A stretch of 64,000 bases of DNA from Eledone cirrhosa (GCA_964016885.1 OZ024740.1:140740001-140804000), one strand, 5' to 3'. Shown: positions 30,969 through 45,704, counted from the first letter of the stretch. A program made the numbers and translations. The notes: a model not told the origin generated them from the sequence alone.

Positions 30969-31657
30969 TATTGATTTATTATTTTCTAGATCGTACAGGC
31001 AGACCTTATGTTGTTGAATTAAGATTTTTCACTCTAGCGATCTTAGTCAATTGCAACTATAACATGTAAATGTTCATCAAATATTAATTTATACTGCTCA
31101 GAAGCGATTCCTAGAGCTGAAATGATTGTAAATGACCTCTTTGAGTCTAAACTCTAAGCTATTTATCACTGCTCCCCCAGGTGAGCTGAATTTTGTAATC
31201 CCATATAAACGGCTGTTATTTCTAGCACTATGTGTGGGACGTTAGAGGACTGGAATAAGCCGTGTGCAAAACCTTGTGTATTTTCGCTACGCTAACCAGA
31301 CCTTAGATATTTTTCTGAGGTAGAGTTATTTTATTTTTATCTGGGTACCTATTGATAAACACAGAAAAAGTTGATTAACTCACTGCTAATTAGTTAATTA
31401 TTTTACTATTATACCATCCTTTGTGAAACATGTTTGAAGTTTGAAGTTCTGACCGATCTGCGGAAAAAGTTTGTATTTTGAATTTTAAACGTGTCTAGGT
31501 ACCAAGGCTTTTTGCCCATATGAGTCTGTGAGTATTGATTTATTATTTTCTAGATTGTACAGGCAGACCTTATGTTGTTGAATTAAGATTTTTCACTCTA
31601 GCAATCTTAGTCAATTGCAACTATAACATGTAAATGTTCATCAAATATTAATTTATA
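30969..31657 (+). mobile_element. Non-coding hammerhead element, 564-bp unit with 125-bp terminal redundancy
   Basis: Direct repeats 30969-31093 and 31533-31657; (TA)n flanks. Confidence 0.7.
31348..31439 (+). ncRNA. Hammerhead, U3-A8 core, decayed stem I
   Basis: TTGATAA-ACACAG..CTTTGT-GAAA-CATG-TT. Confidence 0.55.
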
Positions 31658-31727
31658 TATATATATATATATATATGTATATGTGTATATATATGTATAT
31701 ATATGTGTATATATATATATATATATA

Positions 31728-32432
31728 TCTGATTCATCTGAATTATTGAGCCCTCTGCCGCTCATATCGAATTTCGTTTATCGTGAACTCGTGCGCCGAT
31801 TTTTCGATACTCGATCTTTCTAATATATTTAGCTCTGGACATAGCTATCCACCAGTTAATTTTATTGCTCATTTTTTGTCGATTCTATTGAGTGATGAAT
31901 AGCTTTTGTTTTATTTTAACATGTCTATTGAGCACTCTAATTCGATATGTGTATTTCCACATTCACTCGAATTGTTTTCGCGGATATAGGGGTCATCTCC
32001 CTTGTCTAATGCCATGTGCGTTTTTCACTGGTAGTTGGCTCCTCTGCCGCCAGGAAAAAACTCGTTGATAACGTAAACCTCCGTTCCACTTGCTCTAGTA
32101 GGCTTTTATATTTATATGTGAGCTGATAGAGTACAGTCTAAGGATTTACAGAAACCCATGAAGCTAGATTTAACACCTGTCTAGTGGGTCCGGGTATGAT
32201 TTTACATTCATTTTAATTATTGACGTATTGTTTTATTGATATTTTTTATCTGTTTGGCCCGAATCTTCCTTTATCGATTTTAAATCGTATGGTTGATTGT
32301 AGACTTGTTCTATATGTGACGGTATTTTAACGATAGTTATAGCTCTGATTCATCTGAATTATTGAGCCCTCTGCCGCTCATATCGAGTTTCGTTTATCGT
32401 GAACTCGTGCGCCGATTTTTCGATACTCGATC

Positions 32433-32444
<12 letters not shown>
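31728..32444 (+). mobile_element. Non-coding hammerhead element, 616-bp unit with 101-bp terminal redundancy
   Basis: Direct repeats 31728-31828 and 32344-32444; (TA)n flanks. Confidence 0.72.
32060..32195 (+). ncRNA. Type I hammerhead, U3-A8 core, hairpin stem III
   Basis: ACTCG-TTGATAA-GTAAACCT..AGGATTTAC-GAAA-CCCA..CTAGA..TCTAG-TGGG-TC-CGGGT. Confidence 0.8.
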
Positions 32445-32476
<32 letters not shown>

Positions 32477-32481
32477 ATATA

Positions 32482-34311
32482 TCATCATCATCATCATCAC
32501 TGTTTTACGTCCGTTCTTCCACGCTAGCATGGGTTAGACGGGTTGTCCTGTTGTGGGCAGTGTCTGGTCGGCTGACCATGCCTTGCTCATACAGGAACTG
32601 ATCTGGCTTGATTTCTACAGCTGGATGCCCTTCCTAACACCAACCTCATTTACAGTGAGTGCTGGGTGCTTTTTCGTGGCGCCTACACGTCCACTTTACA
32701 GTGTGGGCTGGGTGCTTTTTTGCCGTGGCACCTCCACGGCCACCTTGCGGTGGGGGGGGGGGCATATTGTTTATATGCTTCAGCATGTACCCATGGGAGG
32801 TCGGGTACCCTGTATTACTGCGTGATGCCAGAAGTCACGGTCGTGTGTCATTGACTTTGAGAGGTGTAGTTGGGTAAGGTCGGCTTTTATCACCTCATCC
32901 CAAGTCATCTTGGGTCTCCCCACTCCGCGGTTTCCATCAACTTCTAGTGCTCTGCACCTTTTTATGCAGCTGTCATCCTTCATACGCATCACATGTCCAT
33001 ACCAGCGTAACCGCCTCTCCTGCACGCAGCATTTGATTCCTCTTATGCTCAGTCTCTCTCTCAATTCCTTTATGCTTTGTCGTTCACGTATATTACTGTT
33101 ACACATCCATCAGAGCATGCAGGCTTCGTTTCTCTCTAATCTACGTAAGTCTTCCACCTTCAGCGCCCAGGTCTCACTACCATGCAACATCGCTGTTCGG
33201 ATACACGCATCATACAGTCTGCCTTTCATTCTGAGGGAGAAGCCTTTTGCAGCTAGCAGTGGTAGTAGTTCCCTAAACTTCTTCCATCCCGTTCTTACCC
33301 TAGTTATTGTACTTTCTGAGCACCCACCTCCGTTGCTAATTCGGTCACCTAGGTAGCAGAAGCTGTCTACTGTTTCTACAGGGCCCTCCCAGAGATTGGT
33401 GGTACTTGTTTCCTGTGGCTGTTTGCTTGCTGTTTCAGCACAGCTGCTGCATGTGAATCCTACATTCTTAATTAAGCTTCCTGAGATCCCGCTACATCTC
33501 TTGTGTACCCATTGTTTGCATTTGGGGCAGAGAATGGAGTTCCTACCTACACCTTTCCTACATACTGAGCAAGGCCATTTCCCTGAGGGGATCTGGGTTC
33601 TGTTTTCTCGTCTACTTACAAGGACCTTAGTCTTTGTCATGTTGACTTTGAGGCCCTTTCTCTCTAGTCCCTGCTTCCAGGTTTGGAATTTATTCTCTAG
33701 TTCTACCATAGATTCAGCTATGAGTGCGAGGTCATCAGCATACAGGAGTTCCCATGGGCATCCGGTCTTAAACTCCTCCGTTATTGCCTGCAGGACTATG
33801 ATGAACAGGAGAGGGCTAAGAACAGAGCCCTGGTGGACCCCAACCTGTACGCTAAATTCCTCGCTATACTCATTGCCAATCCTAACTTTGCTGACTGCTC
33901 CCCTATACATGGCTTGTACCGCTTTCACAAGCCATTCATCTACTCCTAGTTTTCTAAGAGCCCACCAGATTACTGCACGTGGAACTCTGTCAAAGGCTTT
34001 CTCAAGGTCGACAAATGCCAAGTAGAGTGGCTTACTTTTAGCTAGGTACTTTTCCTGTAATTGCCTCACAAGGAAGAGGGCATCAGTGGTGCCTTTCCCT
34101 GGTACAAACCCAAATTGCATCTCGTCTATATTCACCCGGTCCCTAATCAGCTGTGCTATAACTCTTTCTGTTACTTTCATGACCTGGTCCATCAACTTTA
34201 TACCTCTATAGTTTCCTCTATCTAGTGCATCGCCTTTACCTTTGTAGCAGTTGACAATGATGCTACTGCACCAATCTTTTGGTATGGCCCCCTCTAGTAT
34301 TACCTGGTTAA
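32482..34311 (-). mobile_element. RTE family B, 5'-truncated
   Basis: RT ORF 33110-34195 (stop at 33110), C-terminus, B-type tail. Confidence 0.93.
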
Positions 34312-35330
<1,019 letters not shown>

Positions 35331-35639
35331 ACAGTTCAAGAGTAACCAATCTTAAAGAGAGAGATGGAGATAGGAAAAGAGAGATTGAGATAGGAAAGCA
35401 GATATGAGAGGAGAGATTGGTGAATTAGTTAGAAGCCAAAATGTAAAGGCATGTGCTCAATGTGCAATATACAGTAGAAAGCAGCTAGGTAGCTGAGTTC
35501 ATGCAGAAGTTAAGTGCGCAGAGCTGGAAATATTCATTAATTAAGCAAAACAAGACCACAAATTTCACAAGGAAGACATTATTAAAAGATTGTCAACATA
35601 TTTTAGTTTGATGTAAGGAATGTAGAGAATAATAATAAT

Positions 35640-36060
35640 AATATTAATAATAATTGTTTCTACTTTAGGCACAAGGCCAGCAATTAACCCAGTGCATTAC
35701 TGGTACTTTATTTTATCGACCCTGTAAGGATGAAAGGCAAAGATAACCTCGGCGGGATTTGAACTCAGATCATAAAGGGACGTAACTATGCTGGAAAGCA
35801 TGGCGTCCGACCCTCTACCAATACTGCCAATAATATTAATAATTGTTTCTACTTTAGGCACAAGGCCAGCAATTACCCAGTTCATTACTGGTACTTTATT
35901 TTATCGACCCCGTAAGGATGAAAGGCAAAGTCAACCTCGGCGGGATTCGAACTCAGATCGTAAAGGGACGTAACTATGCTGGAAAGCATGGCGTCCGACC
36001 CTCTACCGATACTGCCAATCCACCTTGTTTCTACGTTAGGCACAAGGCCAATAATATTAA
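35640..36060 (-). mobile_element. Nin-domain tRNA SINE, tandemly duplicated (~190-bp unit)
   Basis: GCCGAGGTTGACTTTGCCTTTCATCCTT..GGTCGATAAAATAAAGTACCAG twice. Confidence 0.7.
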
Positions 36061-36336
36061 TAATAATAATGTCCGTTTACAATTGTTTCGCTACTCCATA
36101 TAATATTTCTGGATCAGATGACTATATATCATAATTGATCTGGTTCAGTTGAAAATAATTAACATATTTAAAGAACAGAGCGGCTCATGGAACTTCAAAG
36201 GAATATAAATTAAAATAATGAGAGAATATATAATGTTCCATATATTGGTTTTTCACTATGCTGCCTTGGTTGCATCAGTTGTCAGCCATAATCAAGCAGT
36301 ATTCATCTGTCGAGGCTGCATTGTGTGAGATCTGCC

Positions 36337-36531
36337 TACGGCTAAGCTCAAGCCGTTTTGACGGCTAATTCTGGACAAATTTAGTCCAGAATATATATAT
36401 ATATATAGGAACAAGTAGGACCCCGACGACTAAGCTCGAGCTGTTTCATCATCAAATTCTGGGCTAATTTAGTCCAGAATTAGCCGTCGAAACGGCTTGA
36501 GCTTAGCCGTCGGGGTCCTACCCGTTCCTAT
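36337..36531. mobile_element. Foldback fragments of the 25279-25712 family
   Basis: Imperfect palindrome 36407-36531 plus half copy 36337-36392. Confidence 0.7.
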
Positions 36532-36552
36532 ATATATATATATATATATATA

Positions 36553-36763
36553 CGCTGTAATGTGGCCGTGTAGGCAACACGGTAAAAACCTCCCAGTCCC
36601 ACACTGTAAATGTGGTTGGTGTTAGGAAGGGCATCCAACTGTAGAAATCCCGCCAGACAGTCCTATCCGAGCAAGACAACCACTCTTGCCTCAAGTGGGA
36701 AAACTCCCGTCCAAACCCATGCAAGCGTGGAACATGGACGTTAAACGATGATGATGATGATGA
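36553..36763 (+). mobile_element. RTE-A 3' tail
   Basis: Homology to 1425-1640. Confidence 0.88.
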
Positions 36764-36806
36764 TATATATATCTATATATCTATATCTATATATCTATAT
36801 ATATAT

Positions 36807-37151
36807 GGAGGCACATGGCTTAGTGGTTAGAGCATTGGCCTTGCAATCAAAAGGTTGTGAGTTCAATTCTCAGACCGGGTGATGTGTTGTTTCCTTGGGC
36901 AAGAGACTTTATTTCACATTGCTCCAGTTTACTCAGCTGTAGAAATTAGATGATAGGGACCCCAGTCCCTACCATTCCACTGCAAAGTGGTCGTGGAGGT
37001 GCCACGGCAAAAAAGCACCCAGCACTCACTGTAAATGAGGTTGGTGTTAGGAAGGGCATCCAGCTGTAGAAATCATGCCAGAATCAGTTCCCGTCCCACC
37101 CTTGCAAGCAGGGAAAAGCGGACATAAAATGAAATGATGATGAAATGATGA
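36807..37151 (+). mobile_element. tRNA-CORE SINE with RTE tail
   Basis: Homologous to 638-1021. Confidence 0.88.
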
Positions 37152-37174
37152 TATATGTATATATATATATATAT

Positions 37175-40100
37175 ATCATCATCATCATCGTTTAACGTCC
37201 GTATTCCACGCTTGCATGGGTTTGGATGGGAGTTTTCCCACTTGAGGCAAGAGTGGTTGTCTTGCTCGCATAGGACTGTCTGGCGGGTTTTCTACGGCTG
37301 GATGCCCTTTCTAACAGCAACCACATTTACAGTGTGGAACTGGGAGGCTTTTACCGTGTTACCTACACGGCCACATTACAGCATGGACTGTGTGTTTTTT
37401 TTGTCGTGACACCTAGGCGACCTCATTTGTTTCGGCCTGGATGTTGTGGTACCAACATAACTTTACATTGAAAGGGGTGGTGTGGATGGGGTGGGGGTAG
37501 TGGGACGGGGTGTATTTTGTTAGAGGTGCCTACTGACTGTAGTAGGTTTTACTTTGTATTTAGGTAAGGCGGGTCTTCTCTATTACTGAGTACCGCCAAA
37601 GATCTTGGTCCAGTGACATTGTCTTGGAGAGGTGTAAGTGTGTGAGGTCGGAATTTATCAAGTCGTCCCAGGTTTTTCTGGGTCTGCCTACTCCGTGGCT
37701 ACCGTCTATTTTTATTGCCCTGCACTTTTTTTATACAGCTGTCGTCTTTCATGCGCATCACGTGACCATACCAACGTAGCCTTCTCTCGAGTAAACAACA
37801 TCTGATCCCTCTTATTTCTAATTTTTCCCTTAGTTCGTTAAAGCTTTGCCGTTCACCTATATTACTATTACACATCCAGCGGAGCATGCAAGCTGCGTTC
37901 CTCTCTAGTCTGCGTATATCCTCTGCACACAATGCCCAGGTCTCACTGCCATGCAACATTGCTGTTCGTATGCAGGCATCATACAGCCTGCCTTTCATTT
38001 TTAGGGAGAACCCTTTAGCGGCTAATAGTGGTATAAGCTCTCTGAACTTTTTCCATCCAGTTCTGATTCTAGCTACTGTACTTTTAGAGCACCCTCCCCT
38101 ACTGCTGATTTTGTCACCCAGGTAACGGAAGGTGTCCACTCCACTATTTCTATAGAACCATCTGTGCAATTGAAAGAGCTAGTATTTTGTGGGCACTTGC
38201 TGCTACTTATTGTACCAGAGCACCGGCCAAATGTAAAATCTATGTTCTTAGTTAGCTTACCTGTGATCCCACTACATCTTTTATGCACCCATACTTTGCA
38301 TTTGGGACATAAAATGGAGTTTCTACCTACGCCTTTCCTACACACTGAGCATGGCCATTTCCCGGATGGGACCGGCGCCCTATTTTCCTTCCTACAAACT
38401 AGAACTTTAGTCTTAGCCAGGTTAATTTTAAGGCCTTTTGATTCTAGGCCGTGCTTCCATGTTTGGAATTTCTTCTCTAGTTCGGCCATTGATTCAGCTA
38501 TGAGCGTTAGATCATCTGCGTATAGGAGTTCCCATGGGCAGCCGGTCTTGAACTCCACTGTTATAGCCTGAAGGGCAATAATAAATAGTAGGGGGCTAAG
38601 AACGGAGCCCTGATGAACACCAACCTTTACGCTAAACTCTTCACTATATTCGTTGTTAATTCTAACCTTGCTGACTGTTTCTTTATACATGGCTTGTATA
38701 GCTCTCACAAGCCATTCATCAACACCTAGTTTTCTAAGCGCCCACCAGATAATGGAGCGGGGACTCTGTCGAAGGCTTTCTCCAAGTCGACAAAAGCTAA
38801 GTATAGGGGTTTACTTTTAGCTAGGTACTTCTCCTGTAGTTGTCGTACAATGAAAAGAGCGTCTGTGGTACTTTTGCCTGACACAAACCCGAACTGCATT
38901 TCATCTAGATCAATTCTCTCTCTGATTAGTTGCGCCATTACTTTTTCCGTGACCTTCATGACCTGGTCGATTAATTTAATGCCTCTATAGTTACTCCTAT
39001 CTAGGGCATCTCTTTTACCCTTGTAACAGTTAATAATGATGCTGCTATGCCAGTCCTTTGGAACAACCCCATTCTGTATGACTTGGTTTACTATCCGGGT
39101 GACCATGGTGTGTCCCACCGTTCCAGAGGCTTTCAGCATCTCAGCAACTATTTCCGAAGGCCCAGCCGCCTTACCTGTCTTCATAACTTTGATTGCCTTA
39201 CTTATTATACTACCTTCGACTAACACTGCTGGTCCCTCTATTGGGTCGATGTGGGGGAGACTGTCTTTCTCCCATTTATTCTCCTCATTTAGTAGCCTTT
39301 CGTAGTGACACTTCCAAGCTACCTTCTTATCAGCGTCAGTGATGGCAAGTACACCATCATCATTAAGGACACACTTCTCTCCGACAATATCACGGTTTTC
39401 CTTGACACATTGCCTAGCAATCCTGAACACCTCACGTTTTTGGTCCTCGCGTTGTAGAACATGCTTGAACTTTCTTTCCTCTGCTTCCCTTCTTGCGGAG
39501 TACACTTGTCTCCTAGCTTCCCTCCTGGCCACTTGATAGTCTTCTCTACTTCCCCCATCCTGCCATACTTTCCAAGCCTGCTTTTTGGCCTTAATTGACT
39601 CCTCCACCTTACTGTTCCACAACCATGTTACTCTCCTCCTGCCTATAGGCCTGCTCCAGCCACAGACTTCGTCTGCCGCCATCAGCAGGTTTGCTTTCAG
39701 GAATTCCCACTGTTCCTCTATATTGTACGACTCTAAATGCTCTTCCTTACTGTCGAAAGCATCAAGTAATATGCTTTTAAATTTATTTCTGGCTGTGGGG
39801 TCCTTTAGCTTCCATATTTTTCTCCTGAGGATAGTCCTCTTCTGCTGTCGAGTACGTCTCATCCTGACTATGAGGTTGCTAATTATGAGTCTATGTTGGG
39901 AGGTGCATTCTTCATGGGGGAGGGATTTAGTGTTTACAACAGACACTCTGTCACGTCTTCTGGTAAGGATATAGTCTACCTGGCTGGTATGTTCCCCTGA
40001 TCTGTAGGTGATCAAGTGATTGTCTCGTTTTTTGAAGTTAGTGTTACAGATAGTTAGGTTATTTGCGTCACAGAATTCCAGGATTCTGGAGCCTTCCTCA

Positions 40101-40920
40101 TTTCTAGTACCAAACCCATAGCCTCCGTGGATTCCATCATAGCCGTCACAATGTTGTCCAACGTGACCATTTAGGTCGTCAGCAATAATTATATAGTCGC
40201 TGTCGGTTATTTGGGAGGTAGTGAGCATCAGTGTCTCATAGAAACTGTCTTTTATAGTGCAAGGCAGTCCGGATTGGGGCGCGTAAGCAGATGTTACCGT
40301 CACAGTAGTTCTATTTAGAACAAGTCTTATTTTAATTATTCTGTCATTCACTCTATTTACGTCTATTATCTTATCCACCCATTTTTCTGCTAACATGATT
40401 CCTACCCCACCCAGCCCATTGTCATTTCCCACCCAGAAAAGCTTATAGTATCGTTTTTTACCCACAATGAATCTAGCAGACCTGCCCCTCCACCTGGTCT
40501 CTTGGATACAGCAAACATCAACCTCCTTATGTTCAAGCATTTCTACAACCTCGTTAGAGCGGCCTTTTAAGGTGCCTACATTCATGGTACCAACTCTGAA
40601 GTTTTGGATTGCGTTTGGTGGGTGGGGCGCAGGGAGGGGTGAGGTGGATGGGGTTGGAGTTATGTTGGCCATCTGCGACCGCAACAAAGAGGAGGGGGCC
40701 TTGCCCTTTCGTCCGGCAGCATGAGGTGAATTTGTCGTTATCTTTGGCATTGTCTTCTGGTGTCCAGATTCTTCAGACTATCCAGAAATTCCTTAGTCCA
40801 TCCATCATATCGAAAAGCAACCAGAAGTGATAGCATAGGCCGTTGACTTGTGATTGGTCCAAATAATAAGGTGGAGAGTGGGGGCGGGAGGGACGGGTAT
40901 GGGTAGTTTGCGAGGAGCAG
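37175..40920 (-). mobile_element. RTE-A, near full-length copy 3 (frameshifted)
   Basis: ORFs 38726-40750, 38073-38708, 37699-38169; start MPK at 40750. Confidence 0.95.
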
Positions 40921-41434
40921 GCTTATTTATATTTGGTGCGTAGGGAGTGAGAAGGAGTGAGAGAGCGACGTATATGATAGAGAGAGAGTGATGGTGAAGC
41001 GCTTTTAGAGGGCCGAGAGAGAGGCCATTTCTATGAATCCTGGAAAAACTTTTTGGCCAAAATGGTAGCGGGAAGATTATTTAGAACAACGTGGAGAAGA
41101 TTTTTAGAACAGTGAGACAGAATTATAGAAGGACAATTATGAATAAGATTTTGATTCTGGGCGATTTTAGATATATGGATGAATGAACCGAAGGGTGGGG
41201 AGTTAAGAAGAAAATGATATTTGTACGTTACATTTCTTAGAAGCCGACTGACCATCAATAAAAGTTGACAAATTCTGAGTTTTGTCCCCCGTAACAGGCT
41301 TATTTATATTTATATTTGGTGCGTAGGGAGTGAGAGGGAGTGAGAGAGCGACGTATATGATAGAAAGAGAGTGAGGGTGAAGCGATTTTAGAGGGCCGAG
41401 AGAGAGAAAGGCCATTTCTATGAATCCTAGAAAA

Positions 41435-41436
<2 letters not shown>
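40918..41436. mobile_element. Non-coding element, ~385-bp unit with ~130-bp terminal direct repeats
   Basis: 40918-41048 repeated at 41296-41436. Confidence 0.6.
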
Positions 41437-41465
<29 letters not shown>

Positions 41466-41518
41466 TATATAGAAATTATAGAAATTACATGAATCAAAGT
41501 TCTGTTTAAACCCTTTAT

Positions 41519-41567
41519 TTGCTTACAATTGTTTCTTCCAAACCGAGGTTTGAAGTCTTCGGAGCAA
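41519..41567 (-). ncRNA. Minimal type I hammerhead (CCGAAGA core variant)
   Basis: TTGCT-CCGAAGA-CTTCAAACC(TC)GGTTTGGAA-GAAA-CAATTG-TA-AGCAA. Confidence 0.75.
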
Positions 41568-42079
41568 TTTTTCAATAATTTTTTACATACTTGACCTCCT
41601 TTCCAACACAAGAGACATATAGAAACATATGTATATATCGATGCACAGTGTGTTGACATCCATTATAATAATATAGCATGGCAATTTACATACAAAGATT
41701 AAAGTCATATTAAAGGACAAAATTAAAGTTAAAATACAATATTGGCAGTTTACGAAGATAAAGCAAGAGGATAGTTTGAAGTAGTTAGTGTATGCAATAG
41801 TTACACGTGGGGCATGCACGTGTGTCTTATTTATATAAGATTAAAGTGCGGCAGGGTGTTATATGTAATACAAGCAGTTTAAGCGGGCAATCAAGAGTAT
41901 TATGGGGGTTGTATTGGTAAAGTATTTTTTATATATGTATGATATAGAAGCCTGTGTGTAGAGAAATATCAAAAATATTAAAAATGAGAAGCAAAACAAC
42001 GCCATGGTCCACGCATACACCACCATTTTCACAATCCAGGAAATGCAATTTATAGATTATATATACATATATATATATA

Positions 42080-42210
42080 TTTCTCTGTTAATGTATTAAA
42101 TATATATATATATATAGAGAGAGATTATTTAGAGATTACAATAATCAAAGTTCAGTTTAAATCATTTATTTGCTTACAATTATATATATATATATATTTA
42201 ATACATTAAC

Positions 42211-42249
<39 letters not shown>

Positions 42250-42296
42250 ATACATTAACATATATATATATATATATATATATTTAATACATTAAC

Positions 42297-42349
<53 letters not shown>

Positions 42350-42359
42350 AATGTATTAA

Positions 42360-42391
<32 letters not shown>

Positions 42392-42558
42392 GTTAATGTA
42401 TTAAATATATATATATATATATATGTATATGTTAATGTATTAAATATATATATATATATATGTATATGTTAATGTATTAAATATATATATATATATATAT
42501 GTATATGTTAATGTATTAAATATATATATATATATATATGTATATGTTAATGTATTAA

Positions 42559-42592
<34 letters not shown>

Positions 42593-42633
42593 GTATATAT
42601 ATATATGTATATATATATGTATATATATATATG

Positions 42634-42724
<91 letters not shown>

Positions 42725-42739
42725 GTATATATATATATG

Positions 42740-42818
<79 letters not shown>

Positions 42819-42967
42819 GTATATATATGTATATATATATATATGTATATATATATGTATATATATATATGTATATATATATATATGTATATATTTATAT
42901 ATATATATATGTATATATGTATATATTTATATATATATGTATATATATATATATGTATATATATATG

Positions 42968-43040
<73 letters not shown>

Positions 43041-43055
43041 GTATATATATATATG

Positions 43056-43112
<57 letters not shown>

Positions 43113-43141
43113 GTATATATATATATGTATATATATATATG

Positions 43142-43195
<54 letters not shown>
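42080..43195. repeat. (TA)n array with amplified TGTTAATGTATTAAA word, then (TA)n/(TATG)
   Basis: Direct reading. Confidence 0.95.
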
Positions 43196-43199
<4 letters not shown>

Positions 43200-44862
43200 G
43201 GAGGTGAGTTTTATTGTAGTACAATAAAGCAATGCAGATATCGGATAAGAAGCACTCTACATTTGTAGGACTGGAGTATACATAATATATAAGATCAAAA
43301 GATGGTTAAAAGAGTTCCATGTATTTTATTATGCGCATTTCAAAAACAAATATATATGTAATACAATAAATAACCTCTCCAATCCAATAAATAACTTCTC
43401 CAATCCAATTCCTTCTATAGATAACACTAGGTCACTCGTTAATAACTCTGCTAATCTCTCTAATCACAATTGCAATTGCCCTGTTAAAAATAAATGTCCT
43501 CTCAACAACCATTGTCTTGAAAAAAACTTAATCTACGAATGTAAAGTTATAACTGACACCAATTCCTTCACCTATTTTGGCTCCACTTCCACCTCCTTTA
43601 AAGCTCGTCTTTATAATCATCATTCGTCTTTTAAATACCAACTTAAAAGAACCAACACGGCACTCTCAGAACTCATATGATCCTTGAAAGACAAAAATAT
43701 TAAATATAACATCTCTTGGAAAAAGGTTTCTTCTGCTTCTCCATACTTGAACAGTTCTCTATCCAAGACTTGCAATCTCTGTTTAAATGAAAAATTTACC
43801 ATTATATCTAATTTAGATTCTATAATAAATAGACGCACTGACTTGTTTTCTCTCTGCTTGCATAAATTCCACAGAACATTCCTTAAAGTATACAGCTAAT
43901 ATCTAATACTTTATCAATTTAAAATCCTTTTCTCAAAGGCACATATATATATATATACTTCTTTAAAAATATACCCATCCTTCTACCTTATTTCAAAGTT
44001 ATTTATTATACATTATATAATACTAGTTACTCATTCTATATCACTCCTATTTATCACTTCCCTTTCTTCCTTTTCCTTTTAATTTCTAACCCCTAATCTG
44101 TATCTTTTCTCATTGTGCCTAACATAGAAACAATTATTACACAGTACAATATATTCTTACTTTATATCACCTTGAAAAAATCCTTCGTAAACATAAATAT
44201 TTTTTTGACGTTAGATTATTCATCATCAATTCATTATTTTTTCTCCCTTTCATGCTCATCTAATATATCCTTACTTACATTACTATTGTTTTTTTAATAA
44301 TACATATCAACATTTTCTTTCCATCGCACATATTATTAAACCCTTAAATATTATTCTCAATACATATTAACAATTTCTTTTCATCGCACATATTATTAAA
44401 CCCTTCAATATACAAACCTTAACTTAACATTATTTTTCTCTTCGTTAATTTTCAAATTCTTTTAATTTATATATTATCTTCCAACGGTTTTTCAACCTCT
44501 CTATGTAAAACAATATATTTTTCTCAGTTATAAAAGTTATCTCTCTCTCTCTATCACCCATCTCTCCTCCTATCTCATCCTTCCTCATTATACTCCTCCT
44601 CCTCCACTTTTTACTCTCATCTCCTCCGCTTTTTCACCCCCCCCCCCTCAAATTTTTTTTTCAAAATATCACACATCAATCTAAAACTACTTTTCATATG
44701 TTGATTTAAAACTGCACTATTCACAAGTGTTTTTAAACCTTCATATCATGTCTTCCTATTTTATCTGATGAAAACACAAATGTTATTGCATGATGATATT
44801 TGTTTTGGAAATGTGCATAATAAAATACATGGAACTGTTTTAACCATCTTTTGATCTTATAT
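43196..44862 (+). mobile_element. Naiad-type PLE 3' fragment (same family as 7339-8933)
   Basis: NCNCPVKNKCPLNNHC..LIY..YFG..CNLC..CLHK at ~43440-43899 with TGG>TGA at 43678; inverted tail+end at 43196-43352. Confidence 0.88.
44759..44825 (+). ncRNA. Type I hammerhead
   Basis: TTTTAT-CTGATGA..GAAA-TGTGCA-TA-ATAAAA. Confidence 0.8.
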
Positions 44863-44869
44863 ATATATA

Positions 44870-45120
<251 letters not shown>

Positions 45121-45136
45121 ATATATATATATATAT

Positions 45137-45327
45137 ATAGGAACAAGTAAGACCCCGACGGCTGAGCTCAAGCCGTTTCGACGGCTAATTCTGTACAGAA
45201 TTAGCCGTCGAAACGGCTTGAGCTCAGCCGTCGGGGTCTTACTTGTTCCTATTACCCACTCTACTACCCTAAGTATTGAGTACTTTGGTGCGTTATGGTC
45301 CACCTGGTTCCTTACCACATTTCCTTC

Positions 45328-45332
<5 letters not shown>
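45137..45332. mobile_element. 116-bp palindrome (45137-45252) plus 3' tail, 25279 family
   Basis: Centre CTGT|ACAG; 58-bp arms. Confidence 0.85.
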
Positions 45333-45404
<72 letters not shown>

Positions 45405-45704
45405 GTATATATGTATATATATATATTGTTATACTTTGGGAGGGTCATGTTGCCAATATATATATATATATAAATGAAGTTAGAGGTAAATATTTATATT
45501 ATATTTTTTAATTTATTTTAAAAAATTGGTTAAATTTTCCTTGTTCTGCTTAATACTCTGATATGCCCAGTTCCTGGTTGGGTTGTTATGTCACTGAAAT
45601 ATATATAGCAGTAATAAACGTCGGTGAAATACGGGCATATCAGAGTATTGACACTATTATACACCTCAACAACATATGTACTTGTCTATACCATACTAAT
45701 TTAA

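Noticed and set aside
35489-35611. Possible host exon (VAEFMQKLSAQSWKY..), and AG..GT micro-exon at 551-567
   Set aside because: No recognisable homology and weak splice context; cannot be supported without RNA data
43678-43680. In-frame TGA in a Naiad GIY-YIG as possible selenocysteine
   Set aside because: Aligns to Trp (IWSLK) in the paralog near 8695 and in the full element; a nonsense mutation, not a Cys position
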